Positions 1-6,880 of a stretch of 40,000 nt of DNA are shown piece after piece. Position numbers and translations under genes: made by a program. Numbering within the stretch: the first letter of the stretch is position 1; the number at the start of each line of letters is the position of its first letter. The DNA is from Desulfosporosinus acidiphilus SJ4. Lineage in GTDB: Bacteria > Bacillota > Desulfitobacteriia > Desulfitobacteriales > Desulfitobacteriaceae. The notes beneath the pieces were generated by a model, which was given only the letters and a program-made list of their open reading frames with translations, searched no databases and was not told the origin of the DNA. The stretch spans positions 1,357,977-1,397,976 of the forward strand of contig NC_018068.1 of assembly GCF_000255115.2 (NCBI RefSeq), read 5' to 3'.

Positions 1-38
1 CATACTCTTCGACAATAACTTAAAGCTTAGGATCATTG

Positions 39-278
39 TCAAAGTGAGTTGTGAGTTCCATCGCAGTAGGGCGGATTTTTCGTTTGTTTGCAGGCACAGA
101 GATACGCAGTTTCGTCCTTTTGAGCAGTAAACGCCAAGGGTTCAAAGGAAGTCCCTTGATGTGCTCCATTACAGAAAGGTTGATTTGAGCTTTTTCCACA
201 TGTGCACCAATAATACGTTTGTCCTGATTTAAGATCAACAGGGATCGGGCTTTTTTGAGCAACAATCGGTTTTTCCAT
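39..278 (-). CDS. CDGSH-type iron-sulfur domain protein (two CDGSH motifs)
   Basis: 79-aa ORF with two C-x-C...C-(N/D)-G-(A/T)-H motifs (CTCGKSSNQPFCNGAH and CACKQTKNPPYCDGTH). AAGGAGA SD lies upstream on the minus strand. Confidence 0.85.
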   Translation of the reverse strand: MEKPIVAQKSPIPVDLKSGQTYYWCTCGKSSNQPFCNGAHQGTSFEPLAFTAQKDETAYLCACKQTKNPPYCDGTHNSL

Positions 279-766
279 GGTTAGTCTCCTTACTATTAAT
301 AGGTTTCTTAAGTGTTTATAGTTTATCCGAGATAGAGTGAATTATTATGCTAAACGTCAAGCTCGTATTTAGAAGTCATGGGGCTAAGGGAAGAAGGAGC
401 AAATTGTTTGGGCATGTATAAATCACCGAATGAGTGGAAATGAAGCCTGTGATATGAAAGCGGTTAAGGAGAAGGCTTTGGTGAAGTCTGGATTTGATGA
501 AAGAGAATATTCGGTTCTTGATGGTGTTTAAGTGACTTCGGCCGGCTTTAGTCTAATGAAAACTACATTGGTAATTGATATTTCTTCTCTTCCCATAAAT
601 TTAACTGAGATTCTATTTGGAGAACGAGGTGCATGTCATGGCGTTTATATAGCTCTGATTTTGAACGTCAAAAAGGTAATCAAAATAGAATGGCTATGGG
701 GTTATCAAATATTGTCATCCTAGGAGGAATATTCGGCAAACATGTTGAAAACTAACAATAGACTCC

Positions 767-795
767 TTGACAAGTCCTCAACAACTTAACAAAAT
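767..795 (+). promoter_or_regulatory. Candidate sigma-A promoter for the HD-GYP gene (-35 TTGACA 767-772, 17-nt spacer, -10 CAAAAT 790-795)
   Basis: Perfect TTGACA hexamer that coincides with the TTG used as the ORF-track start. The -10 hexamer is weak. Confidence 0.35.
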
Positions 796-826
796 CTGTT
801 TATTGCTTCGTGGGGAGATGTTTGTG

Positions 827-2053
827 ATGGATTTTAACCTGAATGAATTTTTAGGAGCGGTCGCAAATACACTAGACATCATTGAAAAGGATATATTTGG
901 CGTAGCGACCAATCATTCAAAAAGGCTCGCCTATATATCTGTAATAATAGCCCATGAACTTCGATTGACGAATGCTGAAACATTTGATCTGGCTTCCCTT
1001 GCTATGTTGCATGACAATGGAGCGAGTATGAAAATTTTACATGATTCTTTGAAAGGTACTCCTAAAGAAAAAATTAATATGTTAGAAAGCAGAAAAGAAC
1101 ATTGTATCATCGGGGAGGATAATCTCCGAGATTTCCCTTTCTTAACGCAACCTCAAAATGTCATAAAATATCATCACGAGAGAAATGACGGTTCAGGTTT
1201 TTTCGGTTTATCTAAAGATGAGATTCCTATGATGTCACAAATTATTGCGCTGGCTGATACTTTAGACTTGGCTTTTGATTTAAGAAATACGGTTAATAAA
1301 GAGGTTATAAGGATATTCGTTAATCAACACAAAAATACATTTTTTTCTCCCTGGATAGTAAATGTCTTTAATAAGATTTCTGACCTAGATAACGTTTGGC
1401 AAGCTTTATCGGACGAGAACATTGATGTTGGCCTTATAAAGGTGATTCCTAAATATAGTTATAAACTCGATTATCTTGAAATTCACACAATTACAAAGAC
1501 TTTGTCTAAAATAATTGATGCCAAATCTCAATACACTCAAACTCATTCATCAGGACTTTCCGGAAAGATGGAAACCATGGCGGAGTTCTACGGATTTGAC
1601 TCGATTATGACCTTGAAATTACTTATTTCAACGGATTTGCATGATCTAGGTAAGTTGGCTATAAGTAATCGGATATTAGATAAACCCGGAAAGTTATCGA
1701 ATGAGGAATATGAAGAAATTCAAAAGCATCCCAGCATTACTAGGCAATGTTTACAAAGTATCAGAGGATTTGAAGAGATTACTCAATGGGCCTCGAATCA
1801 TCATGAAAAATTAGATGGATCAGGGTATCCGCAAGGGTTAAAAGCTAAAGATCTCGATTTTAATTCGCGGTTAATCACCTGTTTAGACATATATCAGGCG
1901 CTAAGGGAAGAAAGACCCTATAGGAAATCAATGGATCATAAGGAAGCTATGGTAATTTTAAAGGATATGGTGGAATATGGACGCTTGGATCAAACAATAG
2001 TTAAGGATATTGATTTTGTTTTCTCGAATGTTTCAAGTCGACTTAGAGGTTAA
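827..2053 (+). CDS. Tandem HD-GYP domain protein (putative c-di-GMP phosphodiesterase or receptor)
   Basis: The C-terminal module has canonical LHDLGK and HHEKLDGSGYPQG. The N-terminal module is degenerate (HDNGASM, HHERNDGSGFFG). The ORF track opens at TTG 767. ATG 827 lies 9 nt after GGGGAG (812-817) and is the likelier start; ATG 818 is also possible. Confidence 0.8.
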   Translation: MDFNLNEFLGAVANTLDIIEKDIFGVATNHSKRLAYISVIIAHELRLTNAETFDLASLAMLHDNGASMKILHDSLKGTPKEKINMLESRKEHCIIGEDNLRDFPFLTQPQNVIKYHHERNDGSGFFGLSKDEIPMMSQIIALADTLDLAFDLRNTVNKEVIRIFVNQHKNTFFSPWIVNVFNKISDLDNVWQALSDENIDVGLIKVIPKYSYKLDYLEIHTITKTLSKIIDAKSQYTQTHSSGLSGKMETMAEFYGFDSIMTLKLLISTDLHDLGKLAISNRILDKPGKLSNEEYEEIQKHPSITRQCLQSIRGFEEITQWASNHHEKLDGSGYPQGLKAKDLDFNSRLITCLDIYQALREERPYRKSMDHKEAMVILKDMVEYGRLDQTIVKDIDFVFSNVSSRLRG

Positions 2054-2231
2054 ATAAGTCAATACTTTATGGAACACTGTAGATACACCCATTTCGAATA
2101 ATCCTACTTCGTGACGGAGATAAATTTGAAATTAACCCCGAATTAATGGATGCAAGAAATAAGTTTACAATAGGACAGTTGGAAAACGAGTATTATCGGT
2201 GGTTGGATGAATTAATATAAAAGTGTGAACG

Positions 2232-2265
2232 GCGGCTTTAGTGAAAAATCTAAGGTCGCTTTTTT
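2232..2265 (+). terminator. Rho-independent terminator
   Basis: 10-bp stem GCGGCTTTAG/CTAAGGTCGC (includes G-U pairs), 8-nt loop, followed by TTTTTT. Confidence 0.5.
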
Positions 2266-2354
2266 GTTACTTTAGAGGTTCTTTTAATTCTTGGAAATTT
2301 AATCCGATGTATAAATATGCAAATAGAATTTAGTAAGCAAAGCGGTTTATTAAA

Positions 2355-2582
2355 CTAATTATTGAGAATACTTATCAGTTGCGTCAAATCTCTCGGTGTC
2401 TTGTTATCAAGCAATCGTTTAAGTAATCCAGAGAACTTGGAGGTATCCGTCACAAGCTCAAGATAAGTCTCATTCTTAGGGTCATCAGGATACATCACGA
2501 ATGAAAGTTTTCCTGGTTCTGATTCATAAATCTCAAGTACGATGTCATTTTCGATAATCTCAATCTTTAATTTACCAGGCAT
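2355..2582 (-). CDS. Hypothetical 75-aa protein, last gene of the repressor operon
   Basis: ORF with AAGGGGA SD 8 nt upstream of the ATG. No recognisable motif. Confidence 0.5.
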   Translation of the reverse strand: MPGKLKIEIIENDIVLEIYESEPGKLSFVMYPDDPKNETYLELVTDTSKFSGLLKRLLDNKTPRDLTQLISILNN

Positions 2583-2684
2583 TAGGTTCGTCCCCTTAGA
2601 TTACTGTCATTTCTGACATCTGGAGCGAGGATTTTTTATCTTACAACAAACAGAGGATCAATTTTTCGGCATCCAATACATTAA

Positions 2685-3128
2685 TTAATAGACATTCTTT
2701 AAGTCCCCATAAGGAAGAGTGACTATGTCGGCGGTAATGATACCTACTATAGTAAAAACAATAAGAAGGAAAATGATGAGGTAAATAATATTCCTAGCAA
2801 ATTTTGGATACTTAGGACGATTTCTTCTATGTGGAAAAAGTTTGAGGTAAATAATACCAATGTTTGAATCAAGTAATTCCGTATGCGTACGGGGGTTAGT
2901 AAACGTTTTGCCACCAATTCTCATCGCAGATAAGCCGTCTATCGTTTCATCATTGTGATGTTGAAAAAAGAACCAGTAGTTAATGAAATGCATTAGGATC
3001 ATTCCAGTAAGTAAGAAGCTAAAAGCCCCAATCCATTCTTTAGCCCTCAATACTTCATGGTAACCGTACCTTTCTTCTAAGTAATGCCATCCCTGGCTAA
3101 CTAAATTTGTGAAATTGACCCACATCAA
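2685..3128 (-). CDS. Two-TM membrane protein, translationally coupled to the repressor
   Basis: 147 aa with two hydrophobic segments (WIGAFSFLLTGMILMHFINYWFFF and IIYLIIFLLIVFTIVGIITADIV). The start (TTG 3128 or ATG 3125) lies 4-7 nt after the repressor stop, and the SD AAGGGGA sits inside the repressor 3' end. Confidence 0.6.
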   Translation of the reverse strand: MMWVNFTNLVSQGWHYLEERYGYHEVLRAKEWIGAFSFLLTGMILMHFINYWFFFQHHNDETIDGLSAMRIGGKTFTNPRTHTELLDSNIGIIYLKLFPHRRNRPKYPKFARNIIYLIIFLLIVFTIVGIITADIVTLPYGDLKNVY

Positions 3129-3131
3129 AAA

Positions 3132-3557
3132 TCATTCCCCTTTGTTAATCTCATCGATGTGTTTTTTATAGATGGTTGTTATTTCACGAAGAAGTTTATC
3201 GGATTGCTCATCCGTTATTTTACCTTTTTTTCGTAATCGTCTTAATTCTGCCAAAGTATCTTGAAGATATGGATGTTCTAATATTTCATGCCTAACTATA
3301 ACGGGTATTTTTCCGTACCTTTGGAACAAATCGTTATCTTTGACGCTATAATAACTGGCAAATTCTTCAATGAGTTCATCAGAAGGCATTCTGACGCCCT
3401 TTTCGATTTCAGATAAATATGAAGGGCTTATACCTAATGCCTTACCCACGACTGGCTGCGTTAAACCTTTCTGAGTACGAAGGGAATGAAGATATTGGCC
3501 AGTGTCATATTGTCTTATTAGCTGCTGATGTTTCTCGTCCTCCAACATATCACCCAC
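3132..3557 (-). CDS. XRE-family HTH repressor (CI-like)
   Basis: HTH segment LRTQKGLTQPVVGKALGISPSYLSEIEKG. Divergent from the early genes across an operator-rich region. Start is GTG 3557 or ATG 3548. Confidence 0.8.
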   Translation of the reverse strand: MGDMLEDEKHQQLIRQYDTGQYLHSLRTQKGLTQPVVGKALGISPSYLSEIEKGVRMPSDELIEEFASYYSVKDNDLFQRYGKIPVIVRHEILEHPYLQDTLAELRRLRKKGKITDEQSDKLLREITTIYKKHIDEINKGE

Positions 3558-3643
3558 GTTTCGCTAGTTTATTACCATAATATACAAGCTGACATGTAAA
3601 TAACTGTCTGCTATATTAATTCATATCAGATAACTTCACAAGC

Positions 3644-3709
3644 TTGTTAATATAACAAAGGTAAAGAGTGGTTAATTTAACAAACATGAGTAGTATTGTT
3701 ATCTTACAA
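3644..3709. promoter_or_regulatory. Three operator-like inverted repeats (TTGTTA-N2/3-TAACAA family)
   Basis: O1 TTGTTAATATAACAA 3644-3658. O2 TGGTTAATTTAACAA 3669-3683. O3 TTGTTATCTTACAA 3696-3709. Centres are about 25-26 bp apart. A possible leftward promoter sits next to O1 (-35 TTGTGA as the reverse complement of 3636-3641, -10 TAATAT as the reverse complement of 3613-3618). Confidence 0.45.
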
Positions 3710-3743
3710 TGTTATCGTTACCAGTCTTAGACGATTTATGCAA

Positions 3744-3779
3744 AATAGTCTCCTTGGCATCACCGAGGAGGCTATTTTT
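3744..3779 (+). terminator. Strong hairpin plus T-run in the early leader (terminator or attenuator)
   Basis: 14-bp stem AATAGTCTCCTTGG/CCGAGGAGGCTATT, loop CATCA, T-run ending at 3779. It lies about 30 nt upstream of the first early gene. Confidence 0.55.
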
Positions 3780-3807
3780 AGTTAGGAGGTGAACGTTTAC
3801 GAAACTT

Positions 3808-4158
3808 GTGTATATTTGTTCGCCATGCAAAGGCGACATCGAAAGAAACATTGCGAAGGCACGAGAATATTGCTTGTTCGCGATTAAACAGAACTGTTTG
3901 CCGATTGCTCCGCATGTTTTTTACACTTCGATTTTAGAGGACACTGTCGAGGAACAACGCAGAAATGGTATGGCAATGGGCCTGGAGCTGTTGAGCATAT
4001 GCCAGGAGCTGTTGAGCATATGCCAGGAGCTTTGGGCTTTCGGAGATAAGATTTCAGCAGGAATGATGTCCGAGATCGAAGCTGCCGAACAATTGGGAAT
4101 TCCAGTCGTGTTCTACAGTGATAAGTGCCAAAGGAGAATTTTGAAAGGAGGTGAATAA
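3808..4158 (+). CDS. DUF4406-like protein (nucleoside 2-deoxyribosyltransferase-like fold)
   Basis: YICSPxxG...N...A..Y...PIAPH...ELWAFGDKISAGMMSEIEAAEQLGIPV pattern, recalled from that family. GTG start. Contains an in-frame 21-bp duplication. Confidence 0.5.
   Translation: MYICSPCKGDIERNIAKAREYCLFAIKQNCLPIAPHVFYTSILEDTVEEQRRNGMAMGLELLSICQELLSICQELWAFGDKISAGMMSEIEAAEQLGIPVVFYSDKCQRRILKGGE
3984..4031 (+). repeat. 21-bp perfect tandem duplication (about 2.3 copies) inside the CDS
   Basis: GGAGCTGTTGAGCATATGCCA occurs at 3984-4004 and 4005-4025, followed by GGAGCTT. This duplicates the peptide LLSICQE. Confidence 0.95.
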
Positions 4159-4161
4159 GCC

Positions 4162-4374
4162 ATGAACTTGAGTAAGGAAAAGATAACCTATCTTATTCAA
4201 CAACGGGGACTCACTCAGAACGAACTTGCTCGCGCCCTAAATATTCGACCGGGTTCATTATCCAATGCGCTATCCGGTAAACGTGGGGTTGGGAGGAAGA
4301 TTCTATCCGCTTTGCTCAGGGAATTCCCAGGAGAAAGTGCTATGAGTCTTACCAAAAGGCAGGTGGCAGTATGA
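4162..4374 (+). CDS. Cro-like / XRE-family HTH protein
   Basis: 70 aa with HTH segment RGLTQNELARALNIRPGSLSNALSGKR. Confidence 0.75.
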   Translation: MNLSKEKITYLIQQRGLTQNELARALNIRPGSLSNALSGKRGVGRKILSALLREFPGESAMSLTKRQVAV

Positions 4375-4537
4375 AGATGAGCCCATTGAAAGGAGGTGAT
4401 CCAGCTTATGCGCACAGCAAAAAGGCCCGTCGGTGCAGCAACACCCAACGGACCCGATACAAAATATAACCAGTAAGAGTATACCACGGGAACATGAACG
4501 AATCCATATCGGTTAGAAAAGGAGAGAAAAAACCTTC

Positions 4538-5362
4538 ATGAGCGATGATTTAAAGGTTATCGAGCAAAGAGACCTTCTGGGAAATGATTTTAGGATATAC
4601 GGAGACATGGAAAATCCATTGTTTCTGGCCAAAGATGTAGCGGAGTGGATTGACTACGATCCCAGTAAGGTCAATGAGATGGTTGCTATGGTTGATGACA
4701 ACGAAAAGCTGACCGAGACAATTTCGTGGTCAGGTCAGGGACGCAAAATGTGGTTCCTCACCGAAGATGGACTCTATGAAGTTCTCCTTCAGAGTCGAAA
4801 ACCCAACGCTAAAGAATTTAAGAGGCAAGTTAAGCAGATTCTTAAAGATATTCGGAGGCACGGTCTATATGTAACAGATACCGCATTAGAAAACATGCTC
4901 ACCAGTCCTGATTTTGGTATAAGGCTCCTTAACGAAATTAAATTAGAACGAGAGACAATTTCTAGGCTAGAACAAAAAATCGAAGAGGACAAGTCCAAAG
5001 TCGCTTTTGCCAAGGCGATTGAAGCAACAAACGATACCATCTATGTAGGGGACTTGGCTAAACTTCTTAAGAAAAACGGTACGGATATTGGGCAAGCGCG
5101 GTTATTTGAGTGGCTGAGGCAGAATGGTTATCTAATGACGGGATTCAGTAAAAATACACCGATTCAGCGGTCTATAGAAATGGGTCTCTTTGACGTTAAA
5201 GAAGATGTGTTTACCTTTCCCAATGGGGACGTTCGGATCTCCAAAACTCCAATGGTTACGGTAAAAGGGCAGACGTATTTTATAAATCTGTTTGCGAAAA
5301 AAGAAGGAGACATCAGAAGAAGTGAACCCACGGTTGAAGTGGATATCAATAACGCGCGATGA
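4538..5362 (+). CDS. Phage antirepressor (Bro-N domain plus KilAC domain)
   Basis: N-terminal Bro-N pattern (FRIYGDMENPLFLAKDVAEWI...WFLTEDGLYEVLLQSRKPNAKEFKRQV). C-terminal KilAC-like pattern (IYVGDLAKLLKKNGTDIGQARLFEWLRQNGYL). Confidence 0.85.
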   Translation: MSDDLKVIEQRDLLGNDFRIYGDMENPLFLAKDVAEWIDYDPSKVNEMVAMVDDNEKLTETISWSGQGRKMWFLTEDGLYEVLLQSRKPNAKEFKRQVKQILKDIRRHGLYVTDTALENMLTSPDFGIRLLNEIKLERETISRLEQKIEEDKSKVAFAKAIEATNDTIYVGDLAKLLKKNGTDIGQARLFEWLRQNGYLMTGFSKNTPIQRSIEMGLFDVKEDVFTFPNGDVRISKTPMVTVKGQTYFINLFAKKEGDIRRSEPTVEVDINNAR

Positions 5363-6603
5363 TTAAACTCCTCCCACATCAGCAATCGGTTCTTGAACAA
5401 ACAAAAGCCTTTCACCGAGTCGCCTATTATTTGGATATGGGCTTAGGCAAGAGTTTTGTTGGTTCAGAAAAGATGCACCAACTCAAAACGCCTTTTACTT
5501 TGGTGATCTGCCAAAAATCTAAAATTGATGATTGGGCAGCTCATTTTCGAGAGCATTACGACTATAACGTTTATAGTTTCAACAAACAATTTATCTCGGA
5601 AATTCCGGAACACTCTGTGCTCGTTATCAATTATGATCTCGCCTGGCGGAGATCGGAGTTATTAAAACTATCCAACTATACGCTGATCCTGGACGAATCC
5701 TCTTGTATCAAAAATGAGACACGGCGACGATCAAAGTTTATCCTCAAACTGAAAGCGGACAATGCCATCTTGCTTTCTGGTACTCCCACCGGGGGGAAAT
5801 ATGAGGAACTCTGGAGTCAATGCCAGCTGCTTGGCTGGGCCATTTCAAAGCGCCTTTATTGGCAGCAGTTTGTTAAAACGAAAATATTGGAGGTCGGAGG
5901 CTGTCCCATCAAGGTTGTTACTGGGTATAAAAATGTGGATCGTTTAAAAGCCAAGCTTCGTGACTATGGTGCTGTCTTCATGAAAACCGAAGAGGTTCTG
6001 GATCTTCCGAAAACCATGGATCAAATTGTTAATATCGCTATCACGAAGGAGTACCGTCGCTTCAAAAAGGACCGGGTAATCGATATCAACGGTAAAACGC
6101 TGGTAGGAGACACACCACTGACCCAGCTCTTATATCTCCGGCAGTTAGCCGGAATGTACAACGAGAACAAGATTGAGCGTTTGACAGATTTAATTCAATC
6201 AACAGGGGATCGCTTGATCGTGTTCTATAATTTTGACCTTGAATATGGGGTTATTAGGAATCTTTGTGAGAAAACGGGTAAGCAAGTCTCTGTGGTCAAT
6301 GGGAAGCTTAAGGATTTAAAAGCCTACGAAGAACACTCCGATTCGGTAACGCTGGTTCAATATCAGGCGGGAGCCATGGGTTTAAACTTACAGCTAGCCA
6401 ATAAAATCATCTATTTCTCACTCCCATTATCCAGTGAATTATGGATGCAATCTAAAAAGCGAATTCACCGGATCGGACAGACCCAAACGTGCTTCTATTA
6501 TTATCTGCTCACAAAAGGAACCATTGAACCAAAAATCTTAGAAACCCTGCAACAACGTAAAGACTTCACGGATCGGCTATTTAAGGAAGTGGACCATGAC
6601 TGA
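5359..6603 (+). CDS. SNF2-family helicase
   Basis: Motifs LDMGLGKS (I), LILDESSCIKN (II), LSGTPTGG (III), QAGAMGLNLQ (V) and QSKKRIHRIGQ (VI). ATGA overlap with the upstream gene. Confidence 0.85.
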   Translation: MIKLLPHQQSVLEQTKAFHRVAYYLDMGLGKSFVGSEKMHQLKTPFTLVICQKSKIDDWAAHFREHYDYNVYSFNKQFISEIPEHSVLVINYDLAWRRSELLKLSNYTLILDESSCIKNETRRRSKFILKLKADNAILLSGTPTGGKYEELWSQCQLLGWAISKRLYWQQFVKTKILEVGGCPIKVVTGYKNVDRLKAKLRDYGAVFMKTEEVLDLPKTMDQIVNIAITKEYRRFKKDRVIDINGKTLVGDTPLTQLLYLRQLAGMYNENKIERLTDLIQSTGDRLIVFYNFDLEYGVIRNLCEKTGKQVSVVNGKLKDLKAYEEHSDSVTLVQYQAGAMGLNLQLANKIIYFSLPLSSELWMQSKKRIHRIGQTQTCFYYYLLTKGTIEPKILETLQQRKDFTDRLFKEVDHD

Positions 6604-6880
6604 AGCAGAGTTCCAAAAACAAGTCCAAGAATTCCTCCGCCGCCAAGGGGTTTGGTATGTGAAGTATTGGGGTGGAGGACGGTTTACCAAAGCAGGAGTC
6701 CCCGATCTTCTATGCTGTGTCAACGGTTGGTTTGTCGGCATTGAGTTAAAAACGGAAACGGGCAGAGTATCAAAACTTCAAGAATACAATCTCACTAAAA
6801 TCCAAGAATCGGGTGGACAAGCTTTTGTTCTCCGTCCAAGCGGATTCAAAGCCTTTAAAGAGTTCATCGAAGGGAAGTGA
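6596..6880 (+). CDS. VRR-NUC domain nuclease
   Basis: 94 aa with PD-(D/E)xK signature GVPDLLCCVNGWFVGIELKTETGRVSKLQ. Confidence 0.8.
   Translation: MTEAEFQKQVQEFLRRQGVWYVKYWGGGRFTKAGVPDLLCCVNGWFVGIELKTETGRVSKLQEYNLTKIQESGGQAFVLRPSGFKAFKEFIEGK

Noticed and set aside
532-723. 63-aa + strand ORF upstream of the HD-GYP gene
   Set aside because: No SD and an odd composition. It lies in the promoter/leader region and is probably non-coding.
2355-3557. ImmA/IrrE-type metalloprotease partner of the XRE repressor
   Set aside because: Neither downstream protein contains an HExxH motif, so the cassette is not the classic ImmR/ImmA pair.
4215-4487. 90-aa minus-strand ORF overlapping the Cro-like gene
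   Set aside because: It is antisense to a well-supported HTH CDS and to the super-SD region. No SD. Typical shadow ORF.
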